A stretch of 63,902 nucleotides of DNA, counting the filler, from Lenisia limosa (lineage: Eukaryota; Protista; Breviatea), in the NCBI GenBank assembly GCA_001655205.1. It is 15 parts of 15 records of this genome, joined end to end, with 100 filler letters (N's around TTAATTAATTAA, not from the genome) between each part and the next. Parts side by side here need not be neighbours in the genome. Positions count along the whole stretch, not along the records: positions 27,653 to 36,049 come from LPNZ01001268.1; positions 36,150 to 40,072 come from LPNZ01002027.1; positions 40,173 to 41,723 come from LPNZ01002817.1; positions 41,824 to 44,594 come from LPNZ01010609.1; positions 44,695 to 56,756 come from LPNZ01011304.1; 10 more parts are not named here. One strand, 5' to 3'. This document shows, piece after piece, positions 35,690 through 47,800 of the stretch. The notes beneath the pieces are model-generated. The model was given only the letters and a program-made list of their open reading frames with translations, had not been told where the DNA came from and did no database searches. The position numbers were made by a program, and so were the translations under genes. Within the stretch, counting starts at the first letter, position 1, and every line of letters starts with the position of its first letter.

Positions 35690-35882
35690 AGCACTATTTG
35701 AGGCCAGTGAACAAAAGGAACTGTTTGGAATGTCACCCGACGCACTTGTGTTTTGTCGAAGTCACGGATGGCTCTTCCACTGGAGGTGAAGTGTCCCGCC
35801 ATCAGAGCCATTGCCGATGCCCCTCCACTGGCTGACATTTTACAAATGTTTTGGCACATGTTTGTTGCGAATAAAAGCAAGG
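35690..35882 (+). pseudogene. YqaJ/lambda-exonuclease-like PD-(D/E)xK nuclease relic
   Basis: LFGMSPDALV (GMSPD at 35727), then after a frameshift LPLEVKCP (LEVKCP at 35780)...LQMFWHMFV. This matches the YqaJ G.SPDG...EiKCP...Q...M pattern. Confidence 0.6.
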
Positions 35883-36159
35883 TATGTACAGGCCAATTGA
35901 ATATAGTATATCGATATATACTATAGCTATATGATATGTATATATCATATCGATATATATTTTAATCTCTTATCCTTATTTTAGACAAGCCTTCACTTAA
36001 ACGTATTTTTTGGTAATAAGAAAAAGTAAATACTGTAGCTCATATGACANNNNNNNNNNNNNNNNNNNNNNNNNNNNNNNNNNNNNNNNNNNNTTAATTA
36101 ATTAANNNNNNNNNNNNNNNNNNNNNNNNNNNNNNNNNNNNNNNNNNNNAACAATCCAG

Positions 36160-36294
36160 GTGACAGTGGCGCGAGGCTCGCGTGTGATGTTAGGTAATCA
36201 GAGCGAGTCGCGGCGGCGCAGTATCAAGGCGGTCAAGGCCGCGCAAAATGAGGTTGTTGGTCCGGTGTGGGATTGCACTTTGGCCGACTGCTAA
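36160..36294 (+). CDS. Terminal exon of an unknown gene, convergent on the deaminase
   Basis: ccag|GTG...TAA gives 44 sense codons (VTVARGSRVMLG...WDCTLADC*) of GC-rich coding-like sequence followed by a T-rich 3' region. Confidence 0.5.
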   Translation: MTVARGSRVMLGNQSESRRRSIKAVKAAQNEVVGPVWDCTLADC

Positions 36295-36985
36295 TGGTTA
36301 TGTTTCTTTTTCTTTCTGGATTGATGTTCTTGTTTTTGGTTGTGTTTTTTTCTTAATTGTTTCCTTAGATTTCTTACAACGTGGAGGATGGATTGTATTT
36401 GAAATCATGATTACCGCGATTTGACACGGGAGTCAACCCGTATTTTACATGGAAGAACATTTGGGATTCCCAAATAATAACGGGGAACCCCAAGTCGATG
36501 CGCCGTATGTACGGCGATTTGACCTGATGAAAACTCTCACTTCTAAATCAATGCAACTGCGGGGTTAAAATAGACTACTGGGGCAACCCGGCTCCCACTA
36601 CTCGATATACAGTCACTAGGATAAGTCTTGACCGATTTGCTATATGACTTCCCAAGGAAAATGTCGAGACTTATCCGTCAGTGTAGCTCTCACGTTTTAT
36701 CTGGGGTTTTCAGTGTGACTCTTTCGTGGGATTTGCTTTTAAGGTTCAGCTGGGCCTTTTTTGGTTTATCGAGAGATATTCAGTTTTTTTTCGAACCGAA
36801 GTGAAACCCTGTTCACTGCTGAGCTCGCCGCCAAGGGTGGAAAGTCGTGGAGTTTGTAGATAGTAAACTATTCAAACGTGAGGAAATCGGTAAGATAACT
36901 TTGATGACTCCGTTTATGAAAATAGTTTACCTCAGTCACCACAATCACACAATCATGAGAAGCCTCGATGTCAATAATACCACGG

Positions 36986-39900
36986 TTAATACTCGCGGAC
37001 GGTACAGAAGGTGGTAGTTGGCATCTTGGCGAAGTAGGCGTCTACGGCTGCAAGGTATTCTTGCTTCTTGTCCTAAGTGGTGAGAAGCGGTATACCAGTG
37101 AGATATTAATTATTATATTAATTCACCCAATCATTTGCCTTATAATTCTATACAGCTTTTTTTTTTTTTTTGGTAATTAGCTCTAATATAACCCATTATC
37201 CAGATCCACCCCCCTTACCTTACTTATCTTGCAACAGAGTTGATTTTGGGCCTTTTTTGTTTCATAATTTTCCCAACTTTACTCCCCCCCCCCTTACTTC
37301 AGCGATCCAGGCCGAACGGAATCCGTTACTAACTAGCGTCTTCACGTCAGTCATCGTCATTGGTCTTTGGGGGGGGGGGGGGNNNNNNNNNNNNNNNNNN
37401 NNNNNNNNNNNNNNNNNNNNNNNNNNNNNNNNNNNNNNNNNNNNNNNNNNNNNNNNNNNNNNNNNNNNNNNNNNNNNNNNNNNNNNNAAAAAACCCAAAA
37501 TGAACGAGAATACACACAAGGGTTGAAACAAAACACAGTCGCTTCGACACCGCATCCCATCACTCCAACGTATGAGTATCACAAACCGAATAATCTGAAA
37601 CTGCAAACAAAAAACAGAAAAAAATAAGCAATAACAAACACGGCTACTATCGGATAATCGTTGGTCTGGGGGTTACCCACACAATATATCTGCGAGGAGT
37701 ACATGTCTCATATTATTTTTATAGAAATGAGAAAAAAAAAGAGGTTGTGTCTGGCCGAAGCCATCTACACCATCACGCTTATAAGAGATATTGGATTAGA
37801 GAAAAATTGTAATGCCTCCTGCATACTGACAATATACTGTACCTCCCCCCACACCTTACTCCCATGTATAGTTTTAGGGCTTCACTTTGGTTCGAAAAAA
37901 AGACTGAATTTCTATATCCAAATGTCCACCTCAAGACTTAATGTCCATATCCATGAATGTCCCCCCGCAAACCGTTTGGTGTTGAAGAGCCACTCCGCAA
38001 GCCCGACGAATTGTTCGGTCTCATAACCCCCAAAGAAGGAGGGGTCGTCAGAGTTGACAGTCACACACAGGCCTGAAGGGGGTGACAATTAGGGCTTCCC
38101 ATGGTCCCAAAAAAAGACTGAATTTCCCGACCAATTTCAGATAAACAGCGATATTTTAACGGTTTTTTTCGGACTGTAGGGAACCCTAGTGGATAAAACC
38201 CAAGACCGTCATGTTTATTGGAGATATTGGATTATAGTAGCTGACCGAAGCCATATTTATATCAGAAAGTAGACTACCTTGATCCAGCATTTCGAGGATG
38301 TTGGATTTTGAGGGGTCTGGGAAAACCTAAACAATTATTTCCGTGTTTTGATTCACGTCGGGGCCGAAAAATATAAAAAAAGTTATCGAAAATTAGGGGA
38401 TAGAACTGAAGCTTCATTTTCAATAACCCTTAGCCATTGCATATTATAATAAAGCTTAAGCACGTACTTCATAACGAAAACAGTGATGATGTTTACCTGG
38501 AGTTTGTAGTTGGACCGGGGGCAAACAGTGAAGCACATTTTGCTGCCATCTTCCGCCGCTGTTGTAGTATAATTATAAAGGTAGTATTAATTCACCCAAT
38601 CATTTCTCTAAAAACTGTACACACAGCTTAAGCGTTTTGATTCACCCAAACATTTAACAACTGCACCAGCGTAAGCGTTTTGATTCACCCAATCATTTCC
38701 CTAACAACTGTACCAGCGTAAGCGTTTTGATTCACCCCATTATTTTCCTTATGCGCACCATTATGTTGAATGAATAGAGGATATCAGATCCAATAGTTTG
38801 CATATACTGTGTTGAATGAAAAAGGATAGTATCCATTTTTTTATATATATTTTTTTAATATGTGATATACATGTATGAAAAAACATATATGATATGATAT
38901 ATTATTAAAAAAATAAGTACTAATAGTGTATTATCATAATATAAAACTGTATATATTTTTTATGTGGAACCCAGCGGCCTTAACCTACGAGTAACAAGAC
39001 GGGTAACCAGCGCAGCGTCATCCATAATTCGAATTCCGTGGTCTATGCGATCGCAGTTCAAAATGTCAAGAGAGTCAATGATGTTTTGAGGTGGCCCCTC
39101 CTCTCCCGCATGGCATGTCAACTTGAGACCTTGGGATTGCCCTGGGGTACTGTCAGAAATCTGAAATAGCATTGGGAAGAAGGGAAAAGGGTATCTTCAC
39201 ACTACCATGTTTCGAGATCATTTCTTTTTTATGGATGTATTGTAATCACACTTCAAGAAATGAGGAATTATCGTGAAATTCAGTCTTTTTTCGAACCGAA
39301 GTGGAGCCCTACCTACCATATTTGTAGTGTTCCTTGAAAAGAGCTGGGGGGTAGCCTCTCTCGTTACTATCGAGACCAAGACCTGCCAGAGTTATGGAAT
39401 ATTTATAATACTATCAAAGCCGATTCTGAAAGCGCCATCTCCATTATAATAATTTTGGCTCCATAGAATTAATCTTTTGATGAAATTAATTGACAAAATT
39501 AGAAAATAAGGTGTCTGGGATAGGGTTCTCGTTACAATATGTCCGACTTCAAATTTTGAAATAAATGTTTCAATTAATTGCACTGAGCCCTCATAATAAT
39601 CAACAACACTGTCAAATATACAGTGTAATATACTCCAAGCAACTAAATGGACCTCCACTATATCCATTATCGCTTCATACCAATCAGTTTCCTTGATTCC
39701 AAAGCCGTCTTGTTGTACTCTACAGCTTGGTGCATAGTATTCCAGCCTAAAGGGGAAGTGAGAGGTGTTTCAATTTGAGGGGGATCAAATAAAACCCTTG
39801 AACTTTTCTCAAGGATTTCTCAAGAATTTGAACATTTTTTAGAACTGAATGTAATAAAAATAACAATAATGAACCCAAAAAGCAGGGCAGCAACCCAAAA

Positions 39901-40053
39901 AGCAGGGCAGCTCACCATGAGCCTCCTCCATGCTCTTGAACACAACAGACGGGGCAACTGGACCGTTGTTCGTCCCGACCGGAGCATCTCGAAGAAGTGA
40001 CACAATAAGTCTGCAGGATACTTCCGGAACCGCCTCAAAACCATCGAAGAGTC
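36986..40053 (-). CDS. Adenine/adenosine deaminase family protein (5' truncated)
   Basis: In-phase exons: [10 protein letters not shown]..; [16 protein letters not shown]; [31 protein letters not shown]; [11 protein letters not shown]; [17 protein letters not shown]; [10 protein letters not shown]; [14 protein letters not shown]...TAA at 36986. All amidohydrolase ADA-family motifs are present. Confidence 0.92.
37230..37630. repeat. Two inverted family C copies flanking a 67-nt deaminase exon
   Basis: The + copy at 37230-37297 follows the minus-strand donor GTAAGGGGGG. The - copy at 37365-37630 (partly N) ends at the acceptor. The exon is 37298-37364. Confidence 0.85.
38586..38745. repeat. 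Tandem array of a ~45-50-bp unit derived from family E
   Basis: TTCACCCAATCATTT..C.AACAACTG.ACCAGCGTAAGCGTTTTGA repeats three times, followed by a fourth TTCACCC start. Confidence 0.8.
39457..39590. mobile_element. Family D MITE (~100-135 bp, GGGCTCCGTGCAATTAATT...AATTAATTGCACGGAGCCC)
   Basis: Copies at 2322-2435, 49349-49449, 51160-51272 (reverse), 52293-52423, 58645-58735, 60267-60395 and an end at 45642-45660. Confidence 0.85.
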
Positions 40054-40297
40054 CTAGGGGGGGGGGGGGGGGNNNNNNNNNNNNNNNNNNNNNNNNNNNN
40101 NNNNNNNNNNNNNNNNTTAATTAATTAANNNNNNNNNNNNNNNNNNNNNNNNNNNNNNNNNNNNNNNNNNNNAGCCCAGGCCAGTCGCTTCTATAGCACC
40201 GCATCCATTCACTTAAAATTAGAAATTTGAGAAACAAAAAAAAGCTAAAAATCAATTCTGTAATCAACAGTGTTGATTGTATTATACATGTCCCTAC

Positions 40298-41629
40298 AGT
40301 GAGATAATCGTCAATGATATCAAGCACGCGGGTGAACTGCGAGAAGATCAACACTTGATGGCCATCCGCTCTTAGACGGGGAAGGAGCTTGTCAAGTAGA
40401 ACCATCTGAAAGAAATTAGTTTGAACTTGGCACAGAGAAAAAAAGGGGGGTAGTTCCTGAGAGTAATATATGAAAAAATGTTTATATTACACAATCTAAA
40501 TTTGGTAACCAATTGGTAAATCTGGCTGTTAGATGTGTTCGGTGAAATCTGAATGTTGTCTGAACCTGTAACTATATAAAATACATCTAAACACCCCAGA
40601 ATCCAAAATCGCAACCAACCTTTCCTGATGCTGAGATGAGAAGTTTAAAGACTTCCTGGGGGGTGGCACTGACAGGGAGTACTTCCTCTTCCACTCCCTT
40701 CACCTGGGGTGGTGGGTAAAAAGAAGGAAATTTCTGTGAAGAAATTGGCGTTAAGGTACTGATCACGAACCGAATAATCTGAAACTCCAAAAAAACAAAA
40801 GAAAACACACAAACTGAAAATGGAGAAGTTATGAAACAAGAATACCCAAAATCAATTCTGGGGGAGAGGATTTGAGCAACGTAACCCCCCCCCCAACCAA
40901 GAAAGGATGGTTACAGCACTTTCTGAGTTCCATTACAATGTTGTTGAGACTTGGGGCGGCCACAGACTTTTTTGAGTTGAGGAACACCTAAAAAATCAAT
41001 CGAAAATAGAAAAAAAATACAATGAAAAAAAAACAAAAAAAAGAGGGTTTGCCAAAACAATAAAAACAAAGTAGGACTCCGCTTTCGGTTCTATAAAATG
41101 GTGAATTCTCGTTAAACCGTCGATAAATATTTAAAATGTAGTGAAAGGAGGCACTAATAATAATTATAAATAAATCAGAGCCCTTGATTCTCAAATTTAA
41201 CGACCAACACTGATAAAAATCCCCCCATGCCAAGATTCTTGTTGTAAGGCAAATGATTAGGTGCCCTAATACAATATTATATAATAATTTCAAATATCAC
41301 CACCACCACCACAGCAAACACCCCTGCACCCCCACGCTAAGATTTTTGCGGTAGAGAGCGGAGTAGTATTTCTTTTGCAGACTTGTCAGCTCAACTTCAA
41401 TGACCGTTTCTTCCTTTGCAGCAATACTAGGGGGGGGGGGGNNNNNNNNNNNNNNNNNNNNNNNNNNNNNNNNNNNNNNNNNNNNNNNNNNNNNNNNNNN
41501 NNNNNNNNNNNNNNNNNNNNNNNNAATTTCATAGTTTTACACACACACACACACACACACACCTTTTTTCCACGTCATCCTTCATTCGCCTCAATAAGTA
41601 GGGACGAAGCTCTGTATGCAACTTCTCAA
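40298..41629 (-). CDS. CHD-type SNF2 chromatin-remodelling ATPase (internal fragment)
   Basis: [103 protein letters not shown] across five phased exons. The KEETxIEVELT signature resembles CHD6-9/kismet. Confidence 0.93.
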
Positions 41630-41846
41630 CTGCCGGGAATTAAAGAAGGGGTAAAAAAACAAACAAACAAAAAAAATCAAGTACACCAGGTTGAAAAAGT
41701 GAAAATTACTTCACCCCCCCCCCNNNNNNNNNNNNNNNNNNNNNNNNNNNNNNNNNNNNNNNNNNNNTTAATTAATTAANNNNNNNNNNNNNNNNNNNNN
41801 NNNNNNNNNNNNNNNNNNNNNNNTACATGGGGATGAAACCACGTAC

Positions 41847-44443
41847 TTGGCTGAGGGGGTTTGGCGAGGGTTGTTACGGTCATTGTAGTGGAGTTGGAGC
41901 CGCCATTGTTAATAGCAGTGATTGTAAGGTCATAGCTGGTTCCTGGCTAAGGGAGTTAGGAATGAGGGATGCAGAATGAATCAAACCAGGCAATATGCTT
42001 TATAACCCCCCCCCCCAATTGGTTTGAAAAAANNNNNNNNNNNNNNNNNNNNNNNNNNNNNNNNNNNNNNNNNNNNNNNNNNNNNNNNNNNNNNNNNNNN
42101 NNNNNNNNNNNNNNNAAATCTTCGAAAATTATCGATATTTACCAAGATTTTTCGAACCGAAGGCCTTCATACACCCTCCCTCCCCATATTCTCCTTTTTT
42201 TGAGAATAGAACCCCCCTCCCTCTACCTCAAGATTGACGAACGTCACGTTGCGCGTGGACGCCACAGCCACAGGGTTGCCGTTTACGTCGGCCTGAATCT
42301 CGTGGTAGGGGGCAGTGGCCGGGCCGGGGTTGGCCCATTCTGGATAAGAGATGAGAAATCAAGCAAGGCTTCTGGCCGAATAAAAATATCCATTCGGAAA
42401 AAGGGTGAATCAACTATGATATTATAAATAAGAAAGAAAACAAGGTTGTGTCTGATATATACATGTATATATATATACTCAATATCATATGACATTATTA
42501 ATAAGGAAGACAGCAAGTTTGTATCTGACTATACTCATAATAATCCATATTTCTGGTTTAATAATAATAATCCATACTAAATGCGGAGTTTCCGTTTTAA
42601 ATAAGGTGAAACCGGTGTGACTGTGTGTGTGGGGGGGGGGGGGGNNNNNNNNNNNNNNNNNNNNNNNNNNNNNNNNNNNNNNNNNNNNNNNNNNNNNNNN
42701 NNNNNNNNNNNNNNNNNNNNNNNNCCCAGGATCTCGAAGGGGCTAGACAAGTCATTTCTGCAGCACCGCATAAAAACACACTCCCACCGCAGAGCACACT
42801 CCCCACCAAACAGAACCCAGGAGGCGTCCTTGTTCAAAACTGTCACAGCCGGGGCCGAGGGTACAGTATACCTCATGGTAATAGTCCTGGAGCTTCCAAC
42901 TTTGCACTTCTGGTAGCCGATGCGACAGACCTGAAGTGTTACTATTAGGGCTTCCTTCGATCCGAAAAAGACAGCTAAAATATCTTTATTTATCTTGGAT
43001 TTATCGAGAAATTCAGTCTTTTTTAGTCATAGTAAAAAAGAAAGACATAAATTTCGGCTGCAGGAATACTAGCTTGTTGAATAATAATTTTCTTCAAAAG
43101 ATTTACTGCACAGAGTTAGAGCTTCCCTATGATCCGAAAAAGACCACTCACATATCGATATTTATCGAGGATTTATCAAGAAATTCAGTCTTTTTTGGGA
43201 TCATAGAAGCCCTTGTTACCGTCTTATACAATTGTTGCTATTGTTCCAATTAAAGATACTCTTTGACTAGTATGAATAAGTGTTTGTCCTTTTAGGTCCC
43301 ATAATACTGGACTATCGATAAATTTCGATATTTTACCGATGTTTTACAGACAATACCGAAATCCCAATGAACAACCAAAAAAGCATGAAACAAAAGCGCG
43401 ATGTGATGTTTAAATAAAAGCGGGATGCTTTACAATTTGGAATCAAAGTGTCGTATCCAATATGAATCTCCCGCGGCCTAATGAAAAAATTTCTTATTTA
43501 CCTTGGGCACGAAATTGTAGGCGGTGTTAGGCAGAAGCCCAGTGATGTGGAAGTTGGAGTCTTCCTCTTGGATAGGCGCCACGTTGACGCCAGGTCCGGT
43601 AACCTGCGCAATTAGACCATTTTTGAAAGAAATGACAAATAATTACCAATTAATGAGAAATGTTAACCCATATCCAAATGATCATATGACCGACTTTCAA
43701 GTCGAAATGATGAACGAAGTTAATCCCGAGTGTATCAGAGTATCATTGAGACGTGTCGGTCAATTATCATACGAGTGGATATGAGGTATCATATCGCTGC
43801 ATGGACAATGATAATTCACACGGGTAAAAATGATTCAAAAAGTGATAATCATTGTGCGATGGTTCAACTGCCCTCATGATAAAGAGCGGAATTATACCGA
43901 TCTATTTCGGACCAGAATAAAGCCAACTAGTCCTGCCCTTCCAACCATGATCTGGAATTCCCAGGTGAAGTAACTCGGAAGAGAGGTGGACGGTAAAATG
44001 TAAATATCAGCCTGGGGAGGGGTGAGAAGTACGAAGGCGTGGGCTTTATGATGGTAATAATACTATTATGAAAAATAACCAGCACAGTTAGATGTCAACG
44101 GGGGGGGGGGGGGGGGNNNNNNNNNNNNNNNNNNNNNNNNNNNNNNNNNNNNNNNNNNNNNNNNNNNNNNNNNNNNNNNNNNNNNNNNNNNNNNNNCTCT
44201 GCTTGCTAACAGTTGTTTCATTTGTTGTTTCAGAATTGGGTTTGTTTTAAAAAAAATTCCAAATTTACCCACACCCCGTTGATTTGGGCTTTTTTGTTTC
44301 ATGAAGTTGAGAACAAAATCTTGCAACAATCTTCAAACAATCTCCATCATACCGTGGTATCAGTCAGAAGGTCCTCTTTGTTGATGACGAAGCTTGTTGG
44401 TGTGGAGTGGTTCTCAGTTGTGAACGTATAGTTGACCTTGTGT
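41847..44443 (-). CDS. Fibronectin type III repeat protein (internal fragment)
   Basis: Exons give FHITGLLPNTAYNFV, TVPSAPAVTVL..VLFEWANPG..NVTFVNLEPGTSYDLTITAINNGGS, canonical FN3 W...L.P.T.Y.F.V.A patterns. Confidence 0.82.
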
Positions 44444-44501
44444 CTGGGGTGGTTGAGTGTAGTTGGAAATTTGTAAAACAACAAAAAAGCCTGAAATCAA
44501 C

Positions 44502-44594
44502 TCATCATCATCACCATCACCATCATCATCATCATTAATATCATCATCATCATCATCACCATCACCATCATCACTATCACCATCATCATCACCA
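44502..44594. repeat. (CAT/CAC)n microsatellite, intronic, running into a gap
   Basis: About 30 CAT/CAC units upstream of the first visible FN3 exon. Confidence 0.9.
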
Positions 44595-44894
44595 NNNNNN
44601 NNNNNNNNNNNNNNNNNNNNNNNNNNNNNNNNNNNNNNTTAATTAATTAANNNNNNNNNNNNNNNNNNNNNNNNNNNNNNNNNNNNNNNNNNNNGTAATA
44701 TCATACAATGTGTTTGGGGGGAGGGAGTTCAGAATGATACAGTAGACGGGGGTATATGTTTTAAAAAAACGTGGGGTCAACAAAGTATGTTTTGTGTTTT
44801 TTTCAAAATTCGAGTGTTACCTGGCAGTAGATATGATTTTGGGCTTCTTTTTTTTTTGTTTCATAAAATTTCCAATTTCACCCCCCCCCCCCAG

Positions 44895-47800
44895 AAGAAT
44901 CTGACAGGTTNNNNNNNNNNNNNNNNNNNNNNNNNNNNNNNNNNNNNNNNNNNNNNNNNNNNNNNNNNNNNNNNNNNNNNNNNNNNNNNNNNNNNNNNNN
45001 NNNNNNNNNNNNNNNNNNNNNNNNNNNNNNNNNNNNNNNNNNNNNNNNNNNNNNNNNNNNNNNNNNNNNNNNNNNNNNNNNNNNNNNNNNNNNTTGGGCT
45101 TTTTTTGTTTCGTAAATTCTTCAATTTTACTCCACCTCTCCCCAGGCGTTCTTTATGGCAAGAAGGTCGCTGGGTTGTCACGAGAACTCTTCCCCAGACC
45201 AGGCTACCCACTGGAACTCTCAGGTGCATACTGACATGGTAGGCCGAACACCCGTGCCGTGTGTTGTCACCCAAACAAGTTGATTTGGGCCTTTTTGTTT
45301 CATAAATTTTCCAATATTCCAACCCCCTCCCCACCTAGAAGCAGAAAACAATCAGACAGAAAGCCCACGTGCGCTTGTTCGAAGCCCTTCAGCGTGACGC
45401 TTCTTATCCTCTGACTCACTGGTATGGGCTGTTTTTTTTAACAAGATATATATACATTAGAAATCTAGGGAAACAAATAAAATCATAGGGATACCATAAA
45501 CAAATTGGCTGTCATTGGTGTATTTTTTAGGGCTCGGTGCAAGTAACTGGAAAACAAAATTGCCAAATTTGAAATAAGGCATAGAGCCAGAAACCATTTT
45601 CAGACACTTTAATTTCTCTTTTTTTTCAATTGATTTCTTCAAAATTAATTGCACGGAGCTCTATTTTTTGTTTTGTTTTTGTTGGTTGTGGTTGGGGATT
45701 TGTTTTCGTAAATATGATATGTATATCCATTGGTGCTTTGTTTTCCAATGATTTTTACACCCCCTCTCCCTAGGTATCTATTCAACAATGCCATGCCCAA
45801 TATTGCAGCCCCCCTCTACGACCTCCCCCCAGTCCCCTTTTTTACCGGGGTGATGTTATCACTTATTTCCCCCCGCTGTGTTGCTAGGTTGGGGGGGGGG
45901 GGGGGNNNNNNNNNNNNNNNNNNNNNNNNNNNNNNNNNNNNNNNNNNNNNNNNNNNNNNNNNNNNCCTAATTGAATAAAACTTGGATTCCTACACACACA
46001 CATCCATACATATACACACTCACTTCCAGATATGAGGTGAACTTTCGTAGTGAAGAGGAGCTAAATGCCTTGCAAAACTCCTTCGTTGGCAAGCCCATTC
46101 TCCTTGCTCTTGCAAGAGAGGTGAGGGGGGGCTACTATTAGGGCTTATATTCGGTTCGATAAATACTGGTAAAATATCGATAGATTTCGAGGATTTATCA
46201 AGAAATTCTGTCTTTTTTCAAACCTAAGCGAAGCATTAAACAATTTACTTTGCTTCAAATTTCCAAGTTTTATTTCTATAAATTGTTTTTGAAACAACAA
46301 AAATGTATTTATCGAAAATAAAAAACCATTTCTGAGGCACGCAGAAAGCTGTGTGCACAGAGTTGCAAGGCAAGTGATTGGGTGAATTAATGTTATACTT
46401 CCAATATCTCATGGTGTGGATGGCTTCTGCCAGATACATCCTTATTTTTTTTACCATTGCTATATATTAATTGCACCGAGTCCAAGAACTTCCTTGCTCC
46501 TTCTTTAATAAGCTTAATTTACTATTTTAGGAACCAGTAACCCCTGATATGATCAAAGCCCTTGTACCCGTGATATACAGTGGGAAATTACATTTTATTA
46601 CATTGCTAATTATATGTAGTATTTCTGATTTACCGTGGGTATATTTTATTTTATATACCGGTATTACACAAATTCTAGCCAACATACAAACATATGTAGT
46701 ATTTGTGATCCTGTGGGTTTTTTTATATGATAGCCAACAGAGTTGAGTCCGGTTTTTTTTTTTTTTTTTAAATAAAATTNNNNNNNNNNNNNNNNNNNNN
46801 NNNNNNNNNNNNNNNNNNNNNNNNNNNNNNNNNNNCCCAGGCCCACGGATGACGTTCCCCCTGCTGGTACTTATTGAAATGGCCCTTCTGTATACCGCAA
46901 TTCGTACCATGTCTACTGAGGAAAAATCAGCTCTTTTGGTGGGTGTGGTTATGTACAGTAACCGGGATAAGTCCTGGCACGTTTATTGAGCTTTTTCTTT
47001 TTTCCCACACTGACCGATAGAGCCAGACACGATTATTGAAATATTCTCAAAGTCCTAAATTATGTCGCTAATTCGAATTAATGTCATTAATTCAATTTTT
47101 CGTGACAGTCTTTTTTCAATGTTTTTTCATGATTATTTTCATTAAAATATCTTAAAAAACATTGTTTTTCTTTAATTTCTTCTCAAAAATACGATTATTT
47201 TCAGCACTACTACCGCAGTAGTTGTCTCTAATGCTGACTTTGACACCCAGATAGCGGTGAAACTTACTATATTGCTAAACACTTAGATATGCAAGCAAAC
47301 AAAACACATAAAAATGATATAACGTTTCCGCATTAGCACAACTTGGCTGAGGAGCATCTTCTCAAATCATAAGAAGAGAATAGTATCACGTGAAGTAAAT
47401 CAATTCCTTTGAAACCTATTTTTTTGCTTTCTTCGCCTGTCGATTTTCAGCCTTCTTTGCTTGACGCTTAGCTTTGTCAATCTTGTTTTGGGCAAGTGTT
47501 GCAGCTCCACCTGGGATATTAGTTTGTTTTGATATAGTTAGCCACAATATTTAACAAGTTACCTCTGTGAATTGCAGTTAGATGGCCGAGGATCGCACCG
47601 TTTGACGTGTCACATCCTTATTTACGTAGCGCTGCATCTTTGACAGCAGACTGTTGACAGATAACCTTAGTAATGTTTAAGCGGAAATTTTCTGAATTCT
47701 TTCAAAACAAACATCTCCCAGAGTCAATCAGGTAAAATAAATGGACACTGATGTGAGAGTCTGCAACCTGAAGGGTTACATTGATATTCTAAATATCTAA

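Noticed and set aside
44502-44594. Poly-His ORF from the CAT/CAC run
   Set aside because: The host FN3 gene is on the opposite strand and the run is adjacent to a family C intron fragment. It is a microsatellite.
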